A stretch of 64,000 nucleotides of DNA from the sequence record MN794232.1; one strand, written 5' to 3'. A program made the position numbers and the translations under genes. Position 1 is the first letter of the stretch; the number at the start of each line of letters is the position of its first letter. The notes beneath the pieces are model-generated. The model did not search any database and was not told the origin of the DNA. It was given only the letters and a program-made list of their open reading frames with translations. Below are positions 40,101 to 49,219 of this stretch, piece by piece.

Positions 40101-40502
40101 TCGAGTTGTCGCTGTATCATTTTCACGTAAACTAAAATTACCACCATCGTTGATCAGATACCAACGCTTTGTACCGTCATTATCTTGAAGCAACAGACGC
40201 GGAGAACCACCTCGAATCTCAATTTCATTCGCCGTATTTGTCAGTTTACCCGTCATCGTATCGCCGATCTTTTGAACGTAGCCACCGCCCGCAATCGGGG
40301 CAAATCGAGCATCAGATTCAGCTTTTGTAAATGCAGAAGTCGTCCCACCGTTACCTAGTTCGCCTGGCAGTGGTGTGTCGTGTTCTGTGTAAATTTTGTA
40401 GCCTTGGTAGCGGATAGTCTCGCCTTGCGGGTCAAAGCGAAGATTTCCTCCGTGCCAGACTATATTACCACCAATTGCGGTAGTTGATCTTAGTTCTGCC
40501 AT
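37173..40502 (-). CDS. long tail fibre distal subunit (gp37-like) with C-terminal peptidase S74 chaperone
   Basis: fibre repeats; YSDRRLKKNI...GVIAQEV...VAYGNM. Confidence 0.9.
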   Translation of the reverse strand: MAELRSTTAIGGNIVWHGGNLRFDPQGETIRYQGYKIYTEHDTPLPGELGNGGTTSAFTKAESDARFAPIAGGGYVQKIGDTMTGKLTNTANEIEIRGGSPRLLLQDNDGTKRWYLINDGGNFSLRENDTATTRFRIDATAANFGIENIDINAKTAFRGFDSWLRINDQAAFTTGVYFGSSLVRTDGTLQVGSATASGFVVNTTAIKYKDNNVFHDGYHPNADKWTTARTLTTTLTGDVSGSASMTIDGSANATVTVTATVANDSHTHDGRYYTETESDARFANVAGDTFTGNVAISKAGGRLSFNETDYANNNSGINWITSAGQNLELIHEITDGDINTAGGNGQALILRQNGGVASPAGLEVEGEIFAKVNQRVFHDAYHPNADKWTTARTLTIGNTGKSVDGTSNVTWTAKEITGDFYGGMYKYRRDYAVNINAPAKLLDQNGAAITQGSIRVRAVITGTGTTDSASSATFTNINGAWTVVNTTQSAASSNRINFFIDVDGDPAVSTWHTSNYTVEVYHEFVNTGGNYHPNFWGIDGVLSSIDGTLKYGSNNVFHDGYHPNADKWTTARTLTLNGDVSGAVSFDGSSNATMTVTVANDSHTHDGRYYTEAESDARFANVAGDTFTGRILTPYLSNISTSNLDTAGDGSGYSFMYATSTATNKPSGQDHAVLTQSYSDLWQTQLASDWRLNKWFVRTQENGIWKSWAQVFTDIYHPNADTWTTARTLTIGNTGKSVNGSANVAWSLAEIGAVSKAGDTINGQLTIRHTNVQLNLMDSTYSDNYWQLDHQNGVMAFRYNGSASDDFRLNENGTAVFAHSVTAPTFVGSLSGNATSATTATSATTATTATYLGSSLISSNGGQDFKIRDKRALVGTTSNLIVNYGNDFTDVTVQSALLSTGRMTAYGSAASYAYASHYTSQAPFYHYKSSSGSSEYHAFMKGDINHSGGRYQHSFGAILSSSGAHTAQIVSSLNSSTTKQWSFQYSTGNFTAPGNVTAYSDRRLKKNIKLIDNALNKVGELNGYTYDKRSSFDSDEYIRETGVIAQEVEKVLPEAVMESDDEDRILSVAYGNMNGLLIEAIKELNAKVDTLQNEVQELKRPWWKKLLRL

Positions 40503-40548
40503 GTTATTCTCTCATTGAGTACGTTTATCATGTATTTATGAAGATACA

Positions 40549-40572
40549 AAAAAAGCTCCCGAAGGAGCTTTT
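40549..40572 (-). terminator. intrinsic terminator
   Basis: AAAAGCTCC-TTCG-GGAGCTTTTT on minus strand. Confidence 0.85.
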
Positions 40573-40573
40573 A

Positions 40574-43500
40574 TTAACTTAGTAGTGCTTCTAGTCTAGC
40601 GATTCGTTCTTCAAGAGCTTCGCGTTTGCGCTTCTCTTCTTTAATACCCTCAATCAATAGACCAACCATGTTTCCATATGCAACTGCATAGTGACCGTCA
40701 GCATCGCCACCTGATTCAACAACAGCTTCTGGTAGAACTTCAAGAACTTCTTGAGCAATCACACCAGTTTGTCGTGGACATTCAACGTCTGTACGATCAT
40801 ATGTATAACCGTTCAGGCGGTCAATCTTCTCAAGCGGATTTGTGATTCGCTCAACGTTAGTCTTGACTCGCGCATCCGAGTATGCTGTAATATTACCAGC
40901 AGATTGAATGCTTTGGTAGTAGTAGAAACCACTCGTCGCATCAGTTGAGTTATGAATCCATGATGTATTACGAGCACCGAAATGCCATGTCTTGCCGTTG
41001 TCAGAACGGAAAACCCAACTACCTTCGTTTGCCGAGTTTTGCATATAACGTGTCGTATCGCCACCCAATGCAATGACGTTCTTAACCATCAGGTTACCAC
41101 CAGTCGTCAACGACATTGCACCATCAGTTGCTGCGTCACCCTCATCACGCCACAAGAATCCACGATCCGTATCGTTGTTCATTGTGAACGTCATTGCGTA
41201 GTCATTCAACCAACCAAAGGATTGTGCGCTTGCCATGCCGATTGTATATGAACCACTAGACCACACTCGAATCTTATCATAAGAAGAAACACCAGTTGAG
41301 ATCAATGTCCCATTGACTGTGAAGCTCCCATCAGAATGAGTATGATTATGTGAATCATCAGCAACCGCAACAGATAATGTAACGTTTGCACTACCGTCGA
41401 TTGAAGCTGAACCACTTACATCACCATTCAGTGTCAGAGTACGAGCAGTAGTCCATTTATCAGCCAATGGGTGATATGATGAGTTGTAGTTCGCACGCCA
41501 TCCCGGTGAATACCCGGACCCATTATCAATGTAAATGAATTCTTGTCTAGCCGTCGCACCCGAAGCAGTTGTAGGTGTAATGACTTTGATTGTGCAGTTT
41601 GTTGTTGAAGTACCATGAACTTCAATCACAGAACCCGCAGTACCAAACACACCAAATCCCGTGTCTACTGTCACCTGAGCAGCATACGACCAGCTACCAC
41701 GACATGTCCAGTACCAAGTTGAGAACGCGCCTCGTGCAGACAGTAATGAAATAAATTCAGCCGTCGTTACGCGGTTATTTGACCCAAATGAAATTTGCCC
41801 TGCACCGTTAGTACCTGTAACTTCTTGAGTCGACCATGATACGTTCGCAGTACCATCTACGGACTTAGCAGTTTTCCCGATTGTCAACGTACGAGCAGTT
41901 GTCCACTTCGTCGCCTGTGTAGCTGAAGTCGCAGATGTCGCAGTCGTAGCGTTACCACTCAATGCCCCGATGAATGTCGGTGCTGTGATATTGACAGTCG
42001 ATGTAATTGAAGTACTCTTCACTGAAAACTGTTTGTTGTCAGCTAGTATACCGCCCACACCAAGAGCAATTTCACCCGCCGCATTCGAGTTGTGCAAATA
42101 CACAGCACCGCGGTTACCAATCAATCCGAACTTATCAACTTTAATCGTCTCAGATGCAGGAGCAGTATTACCAGCAGAGTCAGTGATGATCAATGATGAA
42201 CTCATCGTATCACCGGTTTTCTGCACGTAGCCACCACCCGCAATAGGCGCGAATCTTGCGTCAGCTTCAGTCTCGGTGTAGTAACGACCATCGTGAGTGT
42301 GCGAGTCATTAGCAACCACAACAGACAATGTAACGTCTGAACTACCGTCAATTGAAGCTGAACCGCTAACGTCGCCATTCAACGTCAACGTTCTTGCAGT
42401 TGTCCACTTATCAGCCAACGGGTGATATTCATCATCAAAGATCTTCATCCACGCTGAACTAACACCAGACTCTCTACGTTTCCACCATAGGCGATTCGTA
42501 TTCTGACCCATTGCAAGAGTCATTGCATAACCGTTGCCGTTGTTGTGCTCAGTATGAACACCCCACATCCAGCCAGTCTCTTCAGCAGGCGTACCAGTTA
42601 TCGAACTATTTACATCAATGAAGCCGCTTCGTTGATAATCATCAATGTCACCAGACGATAGCTGCATCGAGCCGATTTTACCCGCAGATGTTCCACCGAA
42701 ACCGTAAACCACGTTACTAGACTGAGCTTGAGTAGTAGGCACGTTCAAGTAACCAGTCATCGTATCGCCAGTTGAGTTTACGAAACGAGCATCGGATTCT
42801 GCTTCGGTGTAGTAACGACCATCGTGAGTATGAGAGTCGTCAGCAACTGTAACTGCGAGTGAAATATTCGAGCTACCATCAAACGAAACTGATCCACTAA
42901 CATCACCAGATAACGTTAACGTTCTTGCAGTTGTCCACTTATCGGCTTCTGGGTGGTAGCCAGTATGGTACATGTAAACCCAGTCTTCCCACACGTCTGC
43001 GTATCTCGTACGAAGTGCAATTGTACCTGAGTTGCCAGATATACCATATGGATAAGCAACTTGAGTCGCGTTAGTAGTCGAACCATATGTCATTGTCTGA
43101 GCATACCAGTAACCAGTAAACCCAGCAGGTCGATTTAGACCTTGTGACAACTTGTTGTAAAATCCACCACGATAAAGAGTATCCCAGTCCACTGTAGTAT
43201 CAACACCCGATAGAGTACGCCCTGTAGCGATATACTCTGGGTTACTCGCGCTCAGACCGACTTCAGCGTATGTCGTATGATTCGGGACAACTGTGCTGAT
43301 CGTGACGTTTGAACTACCATCAATTGAAACTGAACCAGTTACTTCGCCTGATAGAGTAAGCGTTCTTGCAGTCGTCCATTTATCGGCATTTGGGTGATAG
43401 TTGTCTGCAAAAATTCGCTGCGTTGTGTTTAGATACCCAATACCGTTGATAACAACGTTGTTGTTTGATCTAGAACCGTACATGACAACCGATTCAGAAT

Positions 43501-43849
43501 TCGATTCACGTCTGATAATCTGCCATTGATTGACATCACCATCATAGTGATAACGCACACCGTGATTTCCGTTGTCTTCCGTTAGATATAGACTAGCATC
43601 GGTGTTTGCAGTACTGCTCAAATGCAATTGCGCAGTCGATTTAGCGATTTGCAAATCGCCACTCATGACATCACCCGCACGTTTAACAACAGACTCGGTT
43701 AAATCTGTATGAGGGTCTGGCTTGTCATTTTCTGTATAAAGTTTGTAGCCATTGTAAAGTACTGTTTCTCCTTGCGGATCGAAACGCAAATTACCGCCAT
43801 GCCAAACTATGTTACCGCCAATCGCGGTTGTTGAACGTAATTCTGCCAT
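40574..43849 (-). CDS. second long tail fibre distal subunit (gp37-like) with S74 chaperone
   Basis: same 29-aa N-terminus MAELRSTTAIGGNIVWHGGNLRFDPQGET; YSDARVK...GVIAQEV...VAYGNM. Confidence 0.9.
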   Translation of the reverse strand: MAELRSTTAIGGNIVWHGGNLRFDPQGETVLYNGYKLYTENDKPDPHTDLTESVVKRAGDVMSGDLQIAKSTAQLHLSSTANTDASLYLTEDNGNHGVRYHYDGDVNQWQIIRRESNSESVVMYGSRSNNNVVINGIGYLNTTQRIFADNYHPNADKWTTARTLTLSGEVTGSVSIDGSSNVTISTVVPNHTTYAEVGLSASNPEYIATGRTLSGVDTTVDWDTLYRGGFYNKLSQGLNRPAGFTGYWYAQTMTYGSTTNATQVAYPYGISGNSGTIALRTRYADVWEDWVYMYHTGYHPEADKWTTARTLTLSGDVSGSVSFDGSSNISLAVTVADDSHTHDGRYYTEAESDARFVNSTGDTMTGYLNVPTTQAQSSNVVYGFGGTSAGKIGSMQLSSGDIDDYQRSGFIDVNSSITGTPAEETGWMWGVHTEHNNGNGYAMTLAMGQNTNRLWWKRRESGVSSAWMKIFDDEYHPLADKWTTARTLTLNGDVSGSASIDGSSDVTLSVVVANDSHTHDGRYYTETEADARFAPIAGGGYVQKTGDTMSSSLIITDSAGNTAPASETIKVDKFGLIGNRGAVYLHNSNAAGEIALGVGGILADNKQFSVKSTSITSTVNITAPTFIGALSGNATTATSATSATQATKWTTARTLTIGKTAKSVDGTANVSWSTQEVTGTNGAGQISFGSNNRVTTAEFISLLSARGAFSTWYWTCRGSWSYAAQVTVDTGFGVFGTAGSVIEVHGTSTTNCTIKVITPTTASGATARQEFIYIDNGSGYSPGWRANYNSSYHPLADKWTTARTLTLNGDVSGSASIDGSANVTLSVAVADDSHNHTHSDGSFTVNGTLISTGVSSYDKIRVWSSGSYTIGMASAQSFGWLNDYAMTFTMNNDTDRGFLWRDEGDAATDGAMSLTTGGNLMVKNVIALGGDTTRYMQNSANEGSWVFRSDNGKTWHFGARNTSWIHNSTDATSGFYYYQSIQSAGNITAYSDARVKTNVERITNPLEKIDRLNGYTYDRTDVECPRQTGVIAQEVLEVLPEAVVESGGDADGHYAVAYGNMVGLLIEGIKEEKRKREALEERIARLEALLS

Positions 43850-43913
43850 TAGTTTCATTCCATTTATTGAAATTTTTCATATGACAGTATTTATTATGCC
43901 GTAAAAAAGGGCG

Positions 43914-44438
43914 CTATTTGCGCCCTTTACGATTTGCCTTATTTGCTTTTCTTTTTGCTCTACGCAATTCTTTGCGTTTTGCGATTTTGTCTGCACGTCT
44001 AACTGCATCATAATCCGCAGCACACGACGCAGCAAACGCATCAGGCTTGAAAACGGGTTCTTGACCCACGTATCCCAAGATAGTGCCCTTAGCTTCGTTA
44101 TACGCAACGTGTGAACGATGGGATGGATCTGGGTTGATGTCAACGTGAACTTCAAACCCACGAGTACCACACATTGGCTTAACACGCAGAGCAGTTTCAC
44201 CTGCTTTATAGACTTCATTCATCAAACGACTACGAATACCATCTTTACAAGACATGTACGCTGGTTCAGTTTCGATAGATTTGAATACTTGAGCGCCTTT
44301 ACTACCCTCAAGGTGAATGATGATTACAGTAGCGTAACTAATCATATCACTCTTACGCTTGCTATCACACCCAACATAAATCGTACTGTTCGGATGACTG
44401 TTATTGATAGCTGTTTCAATTGCTTCCCAATCGAACAT
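43914..44438 (-). CDS. RNase H-like YkuK (DUF458) family protein
   Basis: IYVGCDS, YATVIIIH, RLMNEV, EVHVDIN, KPDAFAASCAAD. Confidence 0.8.
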   Translation of the reverse strand: MFDWEAIETAINNSHPNSTIYVGCDSKRKSDMISYATVIIIHLEGSKGAQVFKSIETEPAYMSCKDGIRSRLMNEVYKAGETALRVKPMCGTRGFEVHVDINPDPSHRSHVAYNEAKGTILGYVGQEPVFKPDAFAASCAADYDAVRRADKIAKRKELRRAKRKANKANRKGRK

Positions 44439-44489
44439 TTTCACCTCTGTACAAAAAAAGGGCAGCACAATGCCGCCCTTATCACTTAT

Positions 44490-45929
44490 TTAAAAGCTGT
44501 AGCGATCAACGCCTACAGTTTTCAGCATGATCTTGACTGGCTCAAGCTCACCACCTAACAATGAAGTCAGGATAGATGGGCTACAACCCGATACCAGTGC
44601 AGTACCCGCTTCGCCAGCTTTAACCGGAACGTTGCCAAGACGACCACGAATGTTCCAGAAGACTAGTTGTGGCATTTCATAGCCAGCACGTGCGTACATA
44701 GCTTTGATTGCGTCGAAGTTTGCACGTTCGCCGCGACCGTACCAACCACCACCAGTATTTGCTTGGTCGAATTCCATGTCGCTCATGATAAGCAACTTAG
44801 TTGGCATTTCTTCTTGTGAAAGATTTGCACGTTTTGCACGCTCTAACAGAACGTTGAAGCACTTACCGATGTTTGTGCTCATGTCTTCACCTGAGCGATT
44901 CATGTTGTCAAGACGCTCTTTTAGTGAGCTACCGCGCAACTGGTGGAAGTGCGGATCGCTTGAGAACGAAATGAACTGATCTTTGAAGATTCCTTCATTG
45001 CGTTCAGCAACATAGATGCCAAGAGACATTGCAACTTGCTTACAAGTCACGCCAGAACGATCTGTACCTGCGTTGATTGGCGTGCTCATAGAGCCAGATA
45101 CGTCAACAACAGGGATGATGCGCTCATCAGAGCCTTCCATGTAGTTCGGCAGAGCTTTCCATTGCTCGTTCGCTACAGACGCATTGCCATGACTAACGCT
45201 CTTAACGACATCATATGGGAACAATGCACCAGCGTTGATCTTCGCTTCACCTTTTTGAAGTGACTCGATGTAGCTTGTGTAACGAGCAGAAGCGTTACGA
45301 CCGAATGCTTGTTGATAACGAGCAGACGCTACAGATGGCAACTTACCAAAGTCGATTGCATCCCATTCTTGCGCACACATCTTCTGTTCAACAGTGTCAG
45401 ACAAAAGTGCTAGAATCTTACGCCACTGCTTCGCAGTTACACCAAGAGACTTGATTGTGCGCTTGAACACATGACCGTTTTTGCTGTTTTCACGTGGGAA
45501 CCACTTAGCAGCAAGACTATTCTTGTCGTTTACAATCGCGTTTGACCACAATGTGATCGCGTCTTTCTCAAGTCTTGTACCGAACGCAGAAATCAAGTCG
45601 TCGAAACGACCTAGTTCTGGAATTTTCGACATTACAGCACGAGCTACGTCAGGCTGCTCATTACAAAGCTTAGTGAATAGAGTACGGAAAGTACCACGTT
45701 CACCCGCACCACCGCGAACATCACGAGACCACAAAAGAATGCGTGTCGCTAGTTCTGGGTTTTCTGCAAACGCACGACCGAACAGTGTTTTAGACTGATC
45801 GTTGCCACGCATAGCAGCAATACCGAAGAACAAGTTTAGACACTCGTTACCTGAAGTGCTGTGAGTAACTGCACCGTTTGCTGTACGTGAATCGTTTGAT
45901 TGCATAGCGTTCATAAATAGACTAGTCAT
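44490..45929 (-). CDS. TROVE-like DUF2828 / vWA protein (Ro60-related architecture)
   Basis: TANGA...SG..CLNLFF, RDVRGGAGER, AAKWFPR, MIDAS DVSGSM, MSTN, SDMEFD, VFWN; start set by GGAG SD. Confidence 0.8.
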   Translation of the reverse strand: MTSLFMNAMQSNDSRTANGAVTHSTSGNECLNLFFGIAAMRGNDQSKTLFGRAFAENPELATRILLWSRDVRGGAGERGTFRTLFTKLCNEQPDVARAVMSKIPELGRFDDLISAFGTRLEKDAITLWSNAIVNDKNSLAAKWFPRENSKNGHVFKRTIKSLGVTAKQWRKILALLSDTVEQKMCAQEWDAIDFGKLPSVASARYQQAFGRNASARYTSYIESLQKGEAKINAGALFPYDVVKSVSHGNASVANEQWKALPNYMEGSDERIIPVVDVSGSMSTPINAGTDRSGVTCKQVAMSLGIYVAERNEGIFKDQFISFSSDPHFHQLRGSSLKERLDNMNRSGEDMSTNIGKCFNVLLERAKRANLSQEEMPTKLLIMSDMEFDQANTGGGWYGRGERANFDAIKAMYARAGYEMPQLVFWNIRGRLGNVPVKAGEAGTALVSGCSPSILTSLLGGELEPVKIMLKTVGVDRYSF

Positions 45930-45962
45930 TGCTGTAAGCTCCATTATCAAGGATCAAAAAAT

Positions 45963-46565
45963 ATGTTTCACATTGTATATCAAATCACAAACTTAATAAA
46001 CAATAAAATTTACGTCGGTAAACATTCAACAGAGAACATCTACGACGATTACATGGGCTCGGGTAAATTGTTAACCAGAGCCATTTCAAAGTACGGTAAA
46101 GAAAATTTCATCAAAGAGATATTATTCGTTTCACATGATGAGACTGAAGCATATCACAAAGAGTCTGAAATTGTCAACGAAAACTTTGTTTTGCGTCAAG
46201 ACACATACAATTTAAAAATCGGTGGTCTTGGTGGATCATCAGGAATCGAATCACCATGTAAAGGTCGTGCGTTGAGTGAAGATACTAAACGAAAAATGAG
46301 AAAAAGTAAACAATTTTCTCAAAATCATTTAGATTATCTGTCAGATAAGTTAACATCATACAACAAATCTCGCACAGGACAATCAAGAGACGACCTTAAA
46401 GGGTGTTCGAACCCGATGCATAAAGGAATGTGGGTTACACCCGCAGGTAAATTTGAATCGTCCAGCGAAGCTGCATTGGTGAACAATTGCAGTCAATCAA
46501 CTGTAGTTCGACGCTGCAAAAACCCAAATTTCGACGATTGGTTTATCGAAAATTCATCCGAGTGA
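45963..46565 (+). mobile_element. GIY-YIG (Seg-like) homing endonuclease
   Basis: IVYQITNLINNKIYVGKH...YMGSG...YNLKIGG; antisense to neighbours; CATAAATA at 45912. Confidence 0.9.
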
Positions 46566-46857
46566 GATTCGTACCGTTTTCGTAAATCTCAACGAGAACA
46601 CGACCGCCCGTTTCGTAAGACGTGCGAAGAGAACGATAACCATGTTCTTCAAAGAATGCACGAATAATCGACGCGCCACGCTTGTCTTTATCAGCAGCGT
46701 GAATAGGCACTTTCACGATGATAGGGAAAGTAGAACCCGACTCAACGGCGTGCATGAATTCTTTATCACATTCGCTCGTGTAATGCTCGGTAAGAATTCG
46801 TTTTTCTTCTGCTTCACGAGCGTGAATTTGTTGTTTGAGTTCATTATGATTAATCAT
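46543..46857 (-). CDS. hypothetical protein
   Basis: ORF in minus-strand operon. Confidence 0.6.
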   Translation of the reverse strand: MINHNELKQQIHAREAEEKRILTEHYTSECDKEFMHAVESGSTFPIIVKVPIHAADKDKRGASIIRAFFEEHGYRSLRTSYETGGRVLVEIYENGTNLTRMNFR

Positions 46858-47189
46858 TGAAACCCCGCTTGTTTGTTTTCTCGAATTGTCAATTTGACAA
46901 AAGAATATGAGTAATCTCTCATATCACGCGGATCGCCAGAGTAATGTCCGAACTGTGCGTCGAAGTTATGAAAACCCTCGCGTCGCATGACGCCTTTGAT
47001 GAGAGACATCATTTCATCACAACATTCATTGCGGTCAACATTCACCTGAATCGTGATTGGAAACTGAAACCCAGCAACGCCACCGATTTTGCGCTCGATT
47101 GCTTTGCGCATTTCAACTACGAAGAGTTCTTCACGAGTTGAGCGATTCTGTTTGACTTTTTGAATTAATGTATCGTATAAATTACCCAT
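46854..47189 (-). CDS. hypothetical protein
   Basis: start MGNLY; loosely similar to downstream ORF (FP-I-x-x-x-V). Confidence 0.6.
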   Translation of the reverse strand: MGNLYDTLIQKVKQNRSTREELFVVEMRKAIERKIGGVAGFQFPITIQVNVDRNECCDEMMSLIKGVMRREGFHNFDAQFGHYSGDPRDMRDYSYSFVKLTIRENKQAGFQ

Positions 47190-47556
47190 CAATATATTCC
47201 TTAATCGGCTTAGAAAAGTGACGAATACAAGAACTGTCAAGACGCTTGCGACCATCACCGTCTATATCTGGTAGCGTGTAATCGTCATTGAATGGCTGAC
47301 CGCTTTCTTTCGCAATCTCATAGGCATCGGCTCGATTGAAGTATTCACCACAATAGTTGATAAACCCTTGACCGCGATCACCAAGTTCGCTTCGATGTTC
47401 ATACGTGCAGCCAAGCTCTTTCAATAGCTTGAAGACTGATTGCATGTTTCGACCGAAATGACAGCTATCGGCAACAACAATGTCGCGCACTTCACCGTTC
47501 GGTAGTGTTACTCGAATTGCATTAGCAGCAGACGATATTACATTGACGTGCGACAT
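47182..47556 (-). CDS. hypothetical protein
   Basis: RH...QGFIN..GEYFNR..AY.IA motif common in phage proteins. Confidence 0.65.
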   Translation of the reverse strand: MSHVNVISSAANAIRVTLPNGEVRDIVVADSCHFGRNMQSVFKLLKELGCTYEHRSELGDRGQGFINYCGEYFNRADAYEIAKESGQPFNDDYTLPDIDGDGRKRLDSSCIRHFSKPIKEYIDG

Positions 47557-47897
47557 GTATCGTACCTCATAAAAATTGAACCAACGCGCTTATACTGACC
47601 AGAGTGAGAAAGCAACAGAGCCATTTTACTATGACCAACGGGATTACTTGTCACTAGAACAACAGTGCGCGGAAAATTACGATGATCAATCGCATGAGAG
47701 AGAATATCGTATCCCTCTCTACCAACATCATCACCTAGATCGTTGTCCATGAATAGCGTGATGTCAGTTAGATTTGTGTGCTTGACGAAATTCATACCGT
47801 CTTCGAATGTTCGAAGCACGAGTTTTTCACCATCACGTACGTAATCAGACGTGAACTTATCAATATCACGCAGATCATCAATCATAACATAAAACAT
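47538..47897 (-). CDS. cyclic-phosphate-processing receiver-like domain protein
   Basis: IDDLR, DNDLG, GYD, TSNPVG motifs. Confidence 0.7.
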   Translation of the reverse strand: MFYVMIDDLRDIDKFTSDYVRDGEKLVLRTFEDGMNFVKHTNLTDITLFMDNDLGDDVGREGYDILSHAIDHRNFPRTVVLVTSNPVGHSKMALLLSHSGQYKRVGSIFMRYDTCRTSM

Positions 47898-47934
47898 ATA
47901 AATACTCTTGTTATCATCAAACAGGACGGTCTAC

Positions 47935-48480
47935 ATGAACTATTTGAAAATTTATGACAGTATAGTGAAACGAGCACAAAAACGCAAGACAATTTCAGGG
48001 TATTTTGAAAGCCATCACATTTTACCGAGGTGTATGGGAGGCAATAACAAAAAATCAAACATCGTTAGATTGACCGCAAAGGAGCACTACATTTCACACT
48101 TATTGTTAGCTAAGATTCACAACACTCGCGGTTTATGGTTAGCCGTCGCATCAATGAGGGGATGCAATGGCGGAGGTGTGAGATTTACAGGATCTATGTA
48201 CGAAACTGCAAAACGAAAAATTTCCGAAAGTATCCGAGGTGAGAATAACCCGAATTACGGTGGTCTCAGAGAAGAAACAAAACAAAAACTTTCAATCAAA
48301 GCCACTGGCAGAAAACACTCACAAGAGACTAAAGATGCTATGAGCAAAAATCGTCGAGGTGAGAATAACGGCATGTACGGAAAGAAACAACCTACCGAAA
48401 CATGCATTCACTGTGGAAAGATTGCGTCGAAATCAAACATCAAACGCTGGCACAATGATAACTGCAAGTTAAATACATGA
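47935..48480 (+). mobile_element. HNH (Mob-like) homing endonuclease with NUMOD3-like repeats
   Basis: ESHHILPRCMGG...NIVRLTAKEHYISH; exact TATAAATA at 47897-47904; antisense. Confidence 0.9.
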
Positions 48481-48506
48481 TACAGTATCAACAAACGGAA
48501 GTCAAC

Positions 48507-48878
48507 ATGAAAGACGAAAAAATTATTTCTTTCGATGAATATCTAAATGAAGGATGGTTTGAGAGGCAATGGTCTCGATACAAAGCAGGGGAAGATGCAC
48601 GCAGCATAAAGAAACTAGCTAAGATGCATACCAAGCTTCTGCACATCGAACAGAAAGCAAAGCAAAACAAATACCGATACGAAGCCGTACGGTTCAACTA
48701 CGAACACATCAAAATGAATGTGCTCGATGCCAAGAAGCTAATTAACAAGCTGCGATACAAGAAAGGGATTAGTCAAGAGCTAGTTCAGGCAATGGATAAA
48801 CTAGACATTGAACTTGATAGACTCAACGACTTTGCCGTTGAGGGATTGCATGAGCTAATGATTCAACATAAGCTATAA
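48507..48878 (+). CDS. hypothetical protein, possible internal head protein
   Basis: IISFDEYLNE N-terminal motif. Confidence 0.6.
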   Translation: MKDEKIISFDEYLNEGWFERQWSRYKAGEDARSIKKLAKMHTKLLHIEQKAKQNKYRYEAVRFNYEHIKMNVLDAKKLINKLRYKKGISQELVQAMDKLDIELDRLNDFAVEGLHELMIQHKL

Positions 48879-48908
48879 AAGAAAAGCCCCGTTTTGGGGC
48901 TTTTTTGT

Positions 48909-49121
48909 TTAATGTGAGTGGCGTAACTTCTTTTCGATCATTCGATCTACAATCGTGGAGTACATAAGATGCTCTTTGTAGTATTTCTCATCAACTCGAT
49001 TGCACTGGAATTGTCGAAAATCTTTGCGTAAGCGGGCAATGAATTTATTAAGTGCTTTGCGCACTTTGCAAACTTCAGACAGTTCCATGCTTTTTAGTGT
49101 ATCTTCAGAAAGTATTTCCAT
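48909..49121 (-). CDS. hypothetical protein
   Basis: GAGG RBS. Confidence 0.6.
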   Translation of the reverse strand: MEILSEDTLKSMELSEVCKVRKALNKFIARLRKDFRQFQCNRVDEKYYKEHLMYSTIVDRMIEKKLRHSH

Positions 49122-49150
49122 GATTGTTCACCTCTTAGTTAATAGAATAC

Positions 49151-49195
49151 GGGAGACACGGGAATCGAACCCATTGCCTTGACCACATATCTCCC
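49151..49195 (-). pseudogene. tRNA minihelix remnant (acceptor + T arm only)
   Basis: GGGAGAT/GTCTCCC stem, ATGGG-TTCGATT-CCCGT; no CCA. Confidence 0.6.
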
Positions 49196-49219
49196 ACTGA
49201 GAGTTACGCCAATCTGATT

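Larger units (their letters stand above)
37173..43849 (-). repeat. nine copies of (H-P-x-A-D)K/TWTTARTLT module, often followed by DSHTHDGRYYTE.E.DARF
   Basis: 4 copies in first fibre, 5 in second; also conserved at DNA level. Confidence 0.9.

Noticed and set aside
37173-43849. DGR or invertase-driven tail-fibre variation
   Set aside because: No reverse transcriptase, no adenine-specific template/variable repeat pair and no recombinase seen in the window.
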